Positions 21,693 to 31,367 of a stretch of DNA of 64,000 nucleotides are shown here, one piece after another. The notes beneath the pieces are model-generated. The model was not told the origin of the DNA. It saw nothing but the letters and a program-made list of their open reading frames with translations, and made no database searches. Numbering within the stretch: the stretch's first letter is position 1; every line of letters starts with the position of its first letter. The position numbers and the translations under genes are program-made. Source of the stretch: a virus (lineage: Duplodnaviria > Caudoviricetes); the IMG/VR virus record IMGVR_UViG_3300028591_000087, positions 129,103 through 193,102 of that record, one strand, 5' to 3'.

Positions 21693-22251
21693 AGTTACAC
21701 GCCTTTCTAATCCTTTTGATTGTTTCATCTACTGGATACTTTTTCATAGAGTAATCCAAAAGGATTTCACTTAATTCTATATTTATTTTATCATTTTTTT
21801 CATCTATTTTCAAATGAGTATCATTTGTAATGGCACCTGTTGCTAGCTTATCAGCAAGCTCATTATATGTATGCCCGCTATGACCCTTTACTTTATTGAT
21901 ATAGACATAATTGTTTCTGAAATATGGAATTAAAAGTTCCCATATATCTTTATTTGCGACAGGTTCCTTTTTACTATTAATCCAACCACTATTTTCCCAA
22001 TTTATATACCATTTATCAAAATAGCAATTACAAAAGTAAGCACTATCACTGTGTACAGTACAAACTTCTGATGGTTCATAGTCAGACCAAAATTTTAATG
22101 CTTCTAAGGCTGCACGTAATTCCATACGCTGATTTGTTGCATTTGGCTCCGTACCATGGAGACGAGCAACTTCTTCACCATTATGTAGAACTATTACACC
22201 CCATCCACTTCTGTTTTTAGTAGCAGAGCCATCTGTATATAAATCAATCAT
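21685..22251 (-). CDS. rnhA: Ribonuclease HI
   Basis: YTDGS, TNQRMEL, SDSAY, VKGHSG, NELADKLA. Confidence 0.92.
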   Translation of the reverse strand: MIDLYTDGSATKNRSGWGVIVLHNGEEVARLHGTEPNATNQRMELRAALEALKFWSDYEPSEVCTVHSDSAYFCNCYFDKWYINWENSGWINSKKEPVANKDIWELLIPYFRNNYVYINKVKGHSGHTYNELADKLATGAITNDTHLKIDEKNDKINIELSEILLDYSMKKYPVDETIKRIRKACNCG

Positions 22252-22813
22252 TTTCTACATCCTTATTTGCTTGATATATTTTTTGTATATATTTAGATTT
22301 TAAAACTTGCTCTGGATCTTCGCCATGCTGAACTGCATTGTCTAAATCTGCGAAAATAATATCTAACATTATTTTATTCTGTGCGTGCATTGCGCATTTC
22401 TGACGTTTATTTGCCCACCATTTGCGTTCAGCTTGATAAGAAAATTTATCACCTAAATAAGCCCGAGCCGCACTAAGATAATCACAAATCATTTCTGTAA
22501 AATCTTTTTCTGGCATCAAACGAGGAATACCACCATCATCAAAATTATCCATCCAATATTCATAATGATGGGAATTTCTACCCTTATGATGCATCCAAGC
22601 ATAAGAGATACCATTCTCTTTTTTCGCTTCATTGATAGGCGATCCAGTGCCAATCCAATAGCGTGCTGATTCAAAAAATTCGACAGGACTATACTTACTA
22701 AGGTCATGAGTCAAACCACGCCATGGAATTCCCGCTAAAAAACAATAGTGTCTAACCCATTTGCGATGTGTCTGTATTGTTCGCAAATGATTCCACATTT
22801 TTTTAAACGTCAA
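22244..22813 (-). CDS. DUF5662-like HD-type protein
   Basis: HDLSKYSPVEF, HHKGRNSHHYEYW, EMICDY. Confidence 0.65.
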   Translation of the reverse strand: MTFKKMWNHLRTIQTHRKWVRHYCFLAGIPWRGLTHDLSKYSPVEFFESARYWIGTGSPINEAKKENGISYAWMHHKGRNSHHYEYWMDNFDDGGIPRLMPEKDFTEMICDYLSAARAYLGDKFSYQAERKWWANKRQKCAMHAQNKIMLDIIFADLDNAVQHGEDPEQVLKSKYIQKIYQANKDVEND

Positions 22814-24728
22814 TGTTCGCACGGAATGCATTCTCCTCAATAAATTTCTTTCTTAATGTCGCACTTTCACCCATAAGCGCGTTGAAGGTATTACTTGCTT
22901 CTGTGACGTCGTCCATTGTGATAAGTTTAAGAGTGCGCGTAGCGGGAGCCATCGTAGACTCAGCAAGCTCATCGACTGACTGTTCTCCCAAACCTTTAAA
23001 ACGGCGTAGTTCGTAGTTGCCAGAGTGCTTGGAACGATAATCGGCAAGAGCAACGTCATCTTTAATATAGATTGATTCTTTACCTTTGATAATTCTATAA
23101 AGGGGAGGTACAGCCGCATACACATATCCTTTCTCAATCAACTCTGGACAAAACTTCCAGATGAATGTCAGGAACAAACAACGAATATGGTCACCATCGA
23201 CATCAGCATCAGCCATAATAATGATTTTTCCATACCGAAGTTTATTCTCATCAAGAATAATCTTATTGTTTTGAACTTGAAGTCCAAAAGCAATAATCAT
23301 ACTCTTAATTTCCTCATTCCCCATAGCTTTTGATAAATCCGCTTTAAGGACATTAAGAATCTTACCTCTGATAGGAAGGATTGCTTGGGTGTCTCTATTA
23401 CGAGCTTCTTTTGCAGAGCCTGCTGCACTATCTCCCTCGACGATAAAGACTTCGCAACTATTCCTGTCCCTATTGGAGCAATCAGCCAATTTCCCAGGTA
23501 GTGTAGTGCGACTAGCCTTAGCTGTCGTGTTTCTAACCACTTCTTTGGCTTTTCTTGCCTTCTCACGAGCAGTCCTTGCGAGGACAGCCTTTCCAATAAT
23601 AGCTTTTGCGTCTTTCTCATGCGCATTAAGCCAATCAGAGATGGATTGCGAGCAAAGTCGTTGAACGATTGTTCTACCTTCTGCACTTGTCAATACTCCT
23701 TTTGTTTGTCCACTAAATACCGGATCTGGCATCGTAAGACTAAGTACAAGTGTAAGACCTTCTTTAAGATCCTCACCACTGAAATTTTCATCCTTTTCTT
23801 TCAAAAGACCCTTTGCACGCGCATATACATTAATTGCTTGCGTAAATGCTGTGCGGAAACCAGTTAAGTGAGTACCTCCTGTATTCGGTATACTGTTAGT
23901 AAAGATACGGTATACATCACTAAATTGATCAGTATATTGAAGTGCAACCCGCACTCTCATTCTATTTTCAACATTCTCCGCATAAAATGGAGAAGTTAAT
24001 TTATTCTTATTTTTTGTAAGAACATCCAAATAATCTAATAGACCATTTGAACTTTCAATTTCAACTTTATCTAAAACTCCTTTGTCATCATGCTTAGATA
24101 AAGTAAAATGAAGTCCAGGAGACAGATATGCAAGTTCCCAAAGTTGCTTCTTTAATCTGTCATAATCAGGATTTATATTATCTTCAAAGATTTGTTCGTC
24201 TGGAATAAACTGAACAACAGTGCCATGCGGCATATCAGTTTTATTCTGCTTTCGCACGCTAAATTGTAACAGTGCGCCGCGAGCGAACGCAGCCGTAGCT
24301 ACTTTACCATCGCGGTAACTATCAACTCTGAATACGCTGGATAGTGCATTGGTCGCCTTTGCACCAACACCATTCATACCACCAGAAGTATTATACCCAC
24401 TGTTACCATCGCTATCGAACTTAGCGCCAGTATGAAGTTTAGTATAGATATTAATGAGGACCTCTTCGCCATCATCATTTTTACCAAAGGGGACTCCTCT
24501 GCCATTGTCAGCCACAATAACGCGAGGCCCATCACACACAACAGATATTTTATCACAAGCTCCTACCAAATACTCGTCAATAGCGTTAGATATTATTTCC
24601 AGCGTTATCTGCCATACACCTTCCGCATCAACTGCGCCGATGTACATACCGGGACGAGTACGGATGGCTTCCATACCTTCAAGTGTTTTAATATTTTTTA
24701 CACCATATTCACTATTTGGAGTAGCCAT
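22803..24728 (-). CDS. gyrB: DNA gyrase subunit B
   Basis: IRTRPGMYIG, EIISNAIDE, DNGRG, EGDSAAGS, PIRGKILN, DADVDG, RFKGLGE. Confidence 0.95.
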   Translation of the reverse strand: MATPNSEYGVKNIKTLEGMEAIRTRPGMYIGAVDAEGVWQITLEIISNAIDEYLVGACDKISVVCDGPRVIVADNGRGVPFGKNDDGEEVLINIYTKLHTGAKFDSDGNSGYNTSGGMNGVGAKATNALSSVFRVDSYRDGKVATAAFARGALLQFSVRKQNKTDMPHGTVVQFIPDEQIFEDNINPDYDRLKKQLWELAYLSPGLHFTLSKHDDKGVLDKVEIESSNGLLDYLDVLTKNKNKLTSPFYAENVENRMRVRVALQYTDQFSDVYRIFTNSIPNTGGTHLTGFRTAFTQAINVYARAKGLLKEKDENFSGEDLKEGLTLVLSLTMPDPVFSGQTKGVLTSAEGRTIVQRLCSQSISDWLNAHEKDAKAIIGKAVLARTAREKARKAKEVVRNTTAKASRTTLPGKLADCSNRDRNSCEVFIVEGDSAAGSAKEARNRDTQAILPIRGKILNVLKADLSKAMGNEEIKSMIIAFGLQVQNNKIILDENKLRYGKIIIMADADVDGDHIRCLFLTFIWKFCPELIEKGYVYAAVPPLYRIIKGKESIYIKDDVALADYRSKHSGNYELRRFKGLGEQSVDELAESTMAPATRTLKLITMDDVTEASNTFNALMGESATLRKKFIEENAFRANIDV

Positions 24729-24759
24729 CTTTTCATCCTTTCTCTATTTTTCTATGTAT

Positions 24760-24788
24760 ATTATATCATAATTTTTTTTACTTTGCAA
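24760..24788 (-). promoter_or_regulatory. SigmaA-type promoter for the gyrB operon
   Basis: TTGCAA-17-TATAAT. Confidence 0.7.
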
Positions 24789-24825
24789 GGTTCTTGTTAG
24801 CAACAGTAAAGGAAAAGGGAGAGTT

Positions 24826-26094
24826 TTAACTCTCCCCATGAATTTTGGCTGCCAATTGAGCAACCTCGCTTCGTTCTGATTTTTGAAGTTCAATCGTCCC
24901 GAATAATTTATCGCCTTTAAGGCTATTCAATAGTGATGCAATACCACTGTTCTTGCGGAATATATCAGAATCTGTTTGAGATTCATCGCCAAGGAACCAT
25001 ACTTCACTACCTTGTTCCGCACGACCAATTATTAATTTAACATTATCAGTTGTAAGATTCTCGGCTTCATCTACAAATATAATGCTATTTTTAATATTGC
25101 GCCCACGTATATATCCTAAATGAAGCGGTTCAATTTCACCGTTATCTATTGCTTGATACAATGCTTCCTGACCTCCCAAGTGGTCAGCAAGTGGCATAAG
25201 CCAAGGCATCAATTTTTCTTCTTGTTCACCAGGTAATGCGCCCAGTTTCTAAGAGCCTGCAACTTCAACATTGTTCCGCACATATACGATTCTATCAAAA
25301 TGATGATATTTGACATAATTGATTGCATGTACCAGAGCTAAGAATGTTTTACCAGAACCAAATTGACCTCTAATCATTTTAACAGGAATATTTCTATTCT
25401 GTAATAGATCAAACATCATTCTCTATTGATCATTTCGTGGTTTTACCTTGCCAAAATAATCACTATTTTGGTCCTTATATTTTATAACATCATTTTTAGT
25501 TCCATCCCATTTAACTAGATCTACAATTTCATTATTTAATTTTAAAATTGCATATTCATTCGTCTCCAAGCCAAGGAAATTGGTCTCGGGATGTTCATAA
25601 TAGTTTGCCAAGGCTTGTTCATCTGATTTAAAATCAAATACTACAAAACCTTTCCAAAGTCCTTCTTTATGAGTTGTATCTTTATAATATTGAGGATTTA
25701 ATTCCTCTATAAATTTGCAAGCAAGAAGAAACTAAGAAGAATCTGATGTAATAAATTCAATTTTCTATTTATTCTTGCGGGCAATTAATACAGCTTCACA
25801 AATTAATTTACTATCGTTTTTATCTTGTAACTCTTCGGTTCTATCAAGTAATCTATTTATTTTTCTCCATTTACTATGAGGATCTTTCCATAGCTCTTGA
25901 TGATCCATTAAGTAACGAATTAAAACTCGTGCTTTATATTTAATTGTTTCATCTTTTGAGTAAGAGGTTTTAATATCTTCTAATTCTGAAAAAACTATTG
26001 TGCTAATGTAATTTACATCTTCTGAATCTAATTTATATCCTGCTAATAAAGCACTTGTATCAAAAAACTTAACTGTTTTCTCCAATGCTTTCAT
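24826..26094 (-). CDS. phoH: PIN-PhoH (PhoH2-type) protein (4 in-frame TAG read as Gln)
   Basis: Three track ORFs join in one frame: FFDTSAL PIN, KPRNDQ*RM, GQFGSGKT, LGALPG, YIRGRNI, DEAEN, GDESQTD. Confidence 0.9.
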
Positions 26095-26698
26095 CACCCT
26101 TACTATTGTTTTCACCGATGATTTCATCAACGAAGCCATATTTCAGCATATCGTCTGCATCAAAGAACCATTGCTTGCGCTCATGTTCTTTGTATTCTTC
26201 TGGTGTTACCTTAGTATGGGATGTAATAAAGTCACGCACTTTGTCATCAATCTTCTTGTTGAAAGTCATTGTGTCTTCAACAGAGAAAGCTTCACCACTA
26301 AATGCAGTGCTTCCAGCATGGAGCAAAGCATATGAATATGGATAACATTTTCTTGTAACATTAGGATTATTGGATCCTGCGGCGAGAATAATGGTTCCCA
26401 TACTTGCCGCATAACCAAGAACTATTACATTCAATGGTTTCTTATATTGATCTATAATATTACATAAAATGAATCCATCACTTAATGATCCACCAACAGT
26501 TGCTAAGATAAGTGTTACAGGATCATTACTATTGTCCTTTTCAAAATCCATTAAAGGAATTACAACTCTTTCAAAAATTCTTTCATCTACTTCTTGATTA
26601 AAGATAATAGTGCGATTATTGAAAAGTTGAGTGAAATATTGGTAAGTTGCCGGGTCAATAGAAGTGGTATCCAATAATGCAGTTAAATCTTCTAACAT
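26069..26698 (-). CDS. clpP: ClpP-like protease subunit
   Basis: GGS, GYAASMG catalytic Ser, LLH, YGFVDEII; AAGGAGG RBS before the ATG at 26698. Confidence 0.85.
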   Translation of the reverse strand: MLEDLTALLDTTSIDPATYQYFTQLFNNRTIIFNQEVDERIFERVVIPLMDFEKDNSNDPVTLILATVGGSLSDGFILCNIIDQYKKPLNVIVLGYAASMGTIILAAGSNNPNVTRKCYPYSYALLHAGSTAFSGEAFSVEDTMTFNKKIDDKVRDFITSHTKVTPEEYKEHERKQWFFDADDMLKYGFVDEIIGENNSKGDESIGENS

Positions 26699-26708
26699 AA
26701 ACTCCTCC

Positions 26709-27128
26709 TTATAGTGCGAGCTAATCAATAGAGAAGTGCTCGCGTAATTGTAGCCATTCATCTACTGTCCCGCATACAATAGGTGGTGCGGGATTAATCG
26801 CCAACTTATAATTGATAATCGCTGGGAGTTCAGGATCTTTATCAAGTTCTGATGGTAAAGCGCGAATCTTGTCAAGCTCCCAAGCTGTAATAAACTCACG
26901 AGCCATCCAATATTCTTCGCCTCTGAATGGCATATCTTTTATCCAAGCATAAACTGTGGGCCAATGAATATAGACACAATCATTTTTTACAACATTGTTA
27001 AAAAATACTTCCCATCTATCTTCATGGCATAATCCATTGCGGATAAAATTACTTGTTAGTATTAGACCGCTTTTCTCTGAGTTTGGAATAGAGCCTGTCT
27101 TTTTCTGCAATAGTTGTTCGTAGGTCAT
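26709..27128 (-). CDS. Hypothetical protein (terminal TAG read through to TAA at 26709)
   Basis: The track ORF ends in TAG, with TAA four codons later; start uncertain. Confidence 0.45.
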
Positions 27129-27486
27129 TACGTGTCTCCTTAATCAAGTATTTCATTTCTTCGATATCTCTTTGAACATACTTCATCTGTTGCCGAAGAT
27201 AGTAACATTCACTAGAAGAGCAATCTCCACAATTCTGCTCAAAAATATTATATAGATGTTTTAGAGTTTTGAGCTGAATTTTATACTCATCACGACGATC
27301 GCACATTTCTTTAAGCATAGACCGGGTATAAGCATAATGTTCGCCAGTTAATTTGTTTTCAAAATCGTAATCGTGTGGATGGCATTGAGCCGTTCCAATA
27401 TAGATCTTGTTATGCACCATTCTCTTACAAGTCGTTCGGTGCAGTTCAGGATCATAATCAAATGTAATTTTGGGGTCAGTAATCAT
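27049..27486 (-). CDS. Hypothetical protein
   Basis: RBS and consensus promoter upstream of MITDPK. Confidence 0.6.
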   Translation of the reverse strand: MITDPKITFDYDPELHRTTCKRMVHNKIYIGTAQCHPHDYDFENKLTGEHYAYTRSMLKEMCDRRDEYKIQLKTLKHLYNIFEQNCGDCSSSECYYLRQQMKYVQRDIEEMKYLIKETRNDLRTTIAEKDRLYSKLREKRSNTNK

Positions 27487-27516
27487 AATTCTTCTCCTTT
27501 GATTTACTATATGTAT

Positions 27517-27545
27517 ATTATAAAATAATTTTTCACATATGTCAA
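27517..27545 (-). promoter_or_regulatory. Perfect-consensus sigmaA promoter
   Basis: TTGACA-17-TATAAT. Confidence 0.85.
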
Positions 27546-27671
27546 GCATTTCGGTCAAAAAATTTGCTGACCCGATCGCATAGGGAGTTACGGTCGTAAA
27601 TGGTGGCAAAATTTGTAGCACAAAAAGACCTTACGAAAAAATTCGCAAGGTTTGACATATGGTGTATTCAA

Positions 27672-28286
27672 TTAGGTAGGGAAAGAAGGATATGTATGAT
27701 AAATACCAGATGGATTAATGGGTATTTGACCTAATTGATTCCACCTATTACGAATATCAGTAATAATTTCTTCAATACTGACAGGCGTGTTATTATGAGA
27801 ATCTAATCCAACATGGTAGACAAAAGGATTATCAGCGAACAACCAGTTACCAGTTTGATGGGTATGTCCATGCAGGTTGATCACGTGTTTACCGAAGTGC
27901 TTATCATCAAAATTAGCAGTCAAGACAGGATAATGGCAAGCAAATAGCGAAAGTTTGCCGAACTTTATAAGTTCGCTAGTATGTATAAATATAGAGTTTG
28001 CCAACTTACCTGTCGCAGCGATGGCGCTCAATTTATTATCTGTGTCGTGGTTCCCTCGGATAAGAAAGATCGTCCCATTCAAACGATTGATGATATTGAC
28101 ATCATAATCATTCATCAGCACGTCACCAAGATGATAAACAAAATCTCCAGGTTTCACAACGCTATTCCAGCGTTCAACAATTACCTCGTTCATTTCTTCA
28201 AAAGACTTACATCCACGAGGCGCATAAAGGAAGTCCTGATTATGGTAAAAATGTGTATCCGATGTGAAAAAGATATTAGCACCCAC
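27672..28286 (-). CDS. Calcineurin-like metallophosphoesterase
   Basis: SDTHF, HLGD, GNHD, HYP, HGHTH. Confidence 0.88.
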   Translation of the reverse strand: MGANIFFTSDTHFYHNQDFLYAPRGCKSFEEMNEVIVERWNSVVKPGDFVYHLGDVLMNDYDVNIINRLNGTIFLIRGNHDTDNKLSAIAATGKLANSIFIHTSELIKFGKLSLFACHYPVLTANFDDKHFGKHVINLHGHTHQTGNWLFADNPFVYHVGLDSHNNTPVSIEEIITDIRNRWNQLGQIPINPSGIYHTYPSFPT

Positions 28287-28752
28287 GAATTACCCAGACC
28301 TCCTTTACATTCTCAAATTCTCCAATATAAGGAGTAGTGAGAGACTTATTCATATTTTTGATGACAGGCTCCGTAACGTGCGCACGACCTTCGCGCGTTG
28401 CATCCCTGCGAATGCACTCTGCCAACGGAGTATCCATCACCACGAAAGTGATATCATATTTATCAGCGGTCAATCCCGCTTTCGAAAGAGCCCGAACCAG
28501 CTTATGCCGAGCACCGTGAGAAAGATGAGTAGCATCAGCAACCATATTCCGCCCGTTACCCAAACCATCAGCCAGAATCCCAATGAATTTGTCATATACT
28601 TCATCCTCATGTGAAAAAAGATCTTCGTTGTCTTTGACAATAGACATACGAACCACGTCGCGAGAAATATAATCCGCATTGTGCAGATTAGCCTTTGCCC
28701 ACGTAGACTTACCAGATCCGGGGATGCCTACCATCACATACAACGTTGCCAT
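28276..28752 (-). CDS. Polynucleotide kinase-like P-loop kinase (AAA_33)
   Basis: GIPGSGKST, SRDVVR, DATHL, CIRRDATR. Confidence 0.82.
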   Translation of the reverse strand: MATLYVMVGIPGSGKSTWAKANLHNADYISRDVVRMSIVKDNEDLFSHEDEVYDKFIGILADGLGNGRNMVADATHLSHGARHKLVRALSKAGLTADKYDITFVVMDTPLAECIRRDATREGRAHVTEPVIKNMNKSLTTPYIGEFENVKEVWVIRGC

Positions 28753-28753
28753 C

Positions 28754-29050
28754 TTATTTCAGTCCTTTCAGATAATTTTGATATTTTGGATGTTGAGCTT
28801 CATATTCAAGCTCTGCTTTTGCTTCTTCTGCGTATTTCCCTTCTGCAAAGTCGATAAGGAATTGTTCTTTTTCAATGTCATTTCGGCACTCAATATGGTT
28901 TACTGTGTGTTTACAATGCCAGCAATACATCAGTTTCCGATGAAAAGCTCCGCGCTGATGTGACTGCTGACGAGTTAATGGAATACCTTTCTGACCACAA
29001 TTGATGCAATAAAAATCATGCATCGAAAATGTGTTCGTTCTGCGTCCCAT
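28754..29050 (-). CDS. Zn-ribbon protein
   Basis: CINC and CWHC pairs. Confidence 0.55.
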   Translation of the reverse strand: MGRRTNTFSMHDFYCINCGQKGIPLTRQQSHQRGAFHRKLMYCWHCKHTVNHIECRNDIEKEQFLIDFAEGKYAEEAKAELEYEAQHPKYQNYLKGLK

Positions 29051-29203
29051 ATTAGAAACCCAACTTACTCTTGATGTGACGCCAGGCCAGTTTCCACTGC
29101 ATCGGATACAGTACATAAGACTGACCAAAAATGAGAACCGTTAGTGTTACGAATGTTACCCAACCCATAATAATCTCCCCTTTCATTTTCTATATATATT
29201 ATA

Positions 29204-30088
29204 TCATATAATTTTAAAATTTTCAAATCCGATTTCTACGGCGCGCTTTCTGTCCTTGAACTTAAAATCATGATCCCAGAATCCAGTTACATTCATAGTC
29301 AGACAGTTAAGGACAAAACCTTGACCATAGAAAGTCATTCCAGTGTCCATTCCAATATGCCAGCCCAATCCATCTTCGTGGTCAGTAGGCTGGTATGCAT
29401 ATGGTTTCATATGATATTCATCAATTTCGTCATCTTTGAAAACATACTCAGGAATATAACATACCGGAGTATGTCCAAAAACAATTACTTTATCCTTCGG
29501 CCACCAAGCATTAAGATAGCTACGATCCCAAATCATTTGCTGTGCGTTCCAAGGATTAGGATTTACACCATCATGTTCGTCATTGTATACATCTTTCCAG
29601 GCTTCGTAAGTTCCACCAGCATGGCTGAAACATACTCCATTATCAAGAGCGAAAGTCAAACAGGTGTTATTTTCAAGCCGTTCAAGAAATGCAGTTTTTG
29701 CTCCATCAATAAGCCAGGCTCTCATTGTAGGACGTCCGCCATTATACATATGAAGTTCAAAGTTATGCAACCACCTGCACTCTCCAATGATTTCATCAGC
29801 TTCTGCAATAGTGTGTGGAGTATTGATAACTTCTGGATGTTGGTCTATAACATCGCGTGCCGCTTTGAGGAAAAGATCCTCGTGATTTCCGCGAATATAT
29901 ACAATCTGCGGATCGTCCAAAATAGCCTGCATAATATCATATCCGAATTCGCCACGGTCACAGGCATCTCCACCGAATACAATCATACATTCTGGATCCT
30001 GTTTGAAACACCAATCGCGCATAGTCTGAAACAAATCAAGTTGACCATGCACATCAGTAAAGTAGAAAACATCATGCATTTTGATCAC
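29204..30088 (-). CDS. Calcineurin-like (PPP-type) phosphatase
   Basis: DVHG, GDACDRG, GNHE, HAG, FGHTP, DTG. Confidence 0.88.
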   Translation of the reverse strand: MIKMHDVFYFTDVHGQLDLFQTMRDWCFKQDPECMIVFGGDACDRGEFGYDIMQAILDDPQIVYIRGNHEDLFLKAARDVIDQHPEVINTPHTIAEADEIIGECRWLHNFELHMYNGGRPTMRAWLIDGAKTAFLERLENNTCLTFALDNGVCFSHAGGTYEAWKDVYNDEHDGVNPNPWNAQQMIWDRSYLNAWWPKDKVIVFGHTPVCYIPEYVFKDDEIDEYHMKPYAYQPTDHEDGLGWHIGMDTGMTFYGQGFVLNCLTMNVTGFWDHDFKFKDRKRAVEIGFENFKII

Positions 30089-30091
30089 TCC

Positions 30092-30280
30092 TTATCTGTG
30101 TTTTTGTCTTTCTTTCCACTCTTCTATTGCGGCTATTTGCTCTTCCATTTCTTCATCTCTACTGTGATTACCACTTGCATATATTGCAGAAAAAATTATC
30201 AACGCGCAAAAACAAAAAACCAAAATAATAAAAACAACCATTTTATTCATCTCCTGAATAATATAATGGACTCGGTTCAA
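30092..30280 (-). CDS. Small membrane protein
   Basis: Single hydrophobic helix. Confidence 0.45.
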   Translation of the reverse strand: MNRVHYIIQEMNKMVVFIILVFCFCALIIFSAIYASGNHSRDEEMEEQIAAIEEWKERQKHR

Positions 30281-30446
30281 TTCCTTCCTGTTTACAAAGA
30301 TAAAGGTAAAACTCCTCAGTCCATTTTTCCATCAAAGGATAGTCATAATCAATATTAACATCTCCTTCTTCGTTAGCTCGCTGAACAGCCATTTCATAAG
30401 CTGAATCCGCCAAGATTTGATGGATATCCTGTCCTTTCATAGTCAT
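30243..30446 (-). CDS. Hypothetical protein
   Basis: Promoter and RBS upstream. Confidence 0.55.
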   Translation of the reverse strand: MTMKGQDIHQILADSAYEMAVQRANEEGDVNIDYDYPLMEKWTEEFYLYLCKQEGIEPSPLYYSGDE

Positions 30447-30585
30447 CCCTCACTTTCTATATATATAATATCATATAATTTATAAATTTTCAAATAAAAA
30501 GGAAAGGGTTTAATCCTTTCCTTCGAGTTTTCTAATCTGTCTCTTGATCTTGTTTACAATGTTTACATTATGCGGTCCACGCTCT

Positions 30586-30906
30586 TCAAGTAACTTCGCC
30601 CTCGCCTGTAACTGGTTGATCCTTGTCTGTTTCGTCATTGTCATCCTCCAATCTGGATGCTTCTTCAAGCAACCAGGCATCTAATACATGTAATGGTGCG
30701 GGAAGATAAAGTCCAGGAGGTATTAACTTGGTTAATTCTTCACCTTCCCGCACAATCGCGCCACAGCGCTCACAGTATAGAACAGTATCTTTTTCTCCTC
30801 TTGCAGAGGTATAAAAACGTGATTTGTTATGACATTCTGGGCAAATACTCGCCATCTTGTCATTCTTTACTTCTTTATCATACTTACGTCTCTGTTCTCT
30901 ATTCAT
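30586..30906 (-). CDS. Zn-ribbon protein
   Basis: CPEC, CERC; NREQRR start motif. Confidence 0.55.
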   Translation of the reverse strand: MNREQRRKYDKEVKNDKMASICPECHNKSRFYTSARGEKDTVLYCERCGAIVREGEELTKLIPPGLYLPAPLHVLDAWLLEEASRLEDDNDETDKDQPVTGEGEVT

Positions 30907-31367
30907 TATTCTGCCTCATCTAATAGTTTTGCAGTATTGAGCAGGATCTGTTTCAACTGATCCGTCATCTTAAAACGATTGGCATTCTGCTCAATAGACG
31001 TAAGCAGATTACCATTGTGTTGGCGTTCACTCGCTGCCTTCCAATCACAAAGCATCTCAACAATATCAACAAGGTTCATATCATTGATTCCATTCTGGAA
31101 ATGCTCTGGATGATGTCGGCAATTTGCATAGTGATGATCCAATGCAACACTGAGTTTACTCAGATTTTCTTTATATTCCGGAGAATTGTATTCCAGATTT
31201 TTGAGTATATCCGTGTACTCAGCAAAAACTTCAACCTCCGGGGTGTCGAGCTTAACAGCATCGTGATTTACACCCCGGGTAGTTAGTTTATCAGTTATAA
31301 ATCGAATATATTTCCGAACCTTTTCGATGTGTTTTTGGGTTTCATAACGACACTCAAAGATTGTCAT
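30906..31367 (-). CDS. DUF5662-like HD-type protein
   Basis: HDAVKL, HHYANCRHHPEHF, EMLCDWKAAS. Confidence 0.7.
   Translation of the reverse strand: MTIFECRYETQKHIEKVRKYIRFITDKLTTRGVNHDAVKLDTPEVEVFAEYTDILKNLEYNSPEYKENLSKLSVALDHHYANCRHHPEHFQNGINDMNLVDIVEMLCDWKAASERQHNGNLLTSIEQNANRFKMTDQLKQILLNTAKLLDEAE

Noticed and set aside
1-24728. Introns or inteins in nrdD, dnaE, helicase or gyrase
   Set aside because: The frames are continuous, of normal length, and show no intein or homing motifs.
24826-26139. PhoH, lysin, GIY-YIG and YcaO fragments as pseudogenes
   Set aside because: Every interruption is an in-frame TAG with no frameshifts, motifs are intact, and a CUA tRNA is present; recoding explains all of them.
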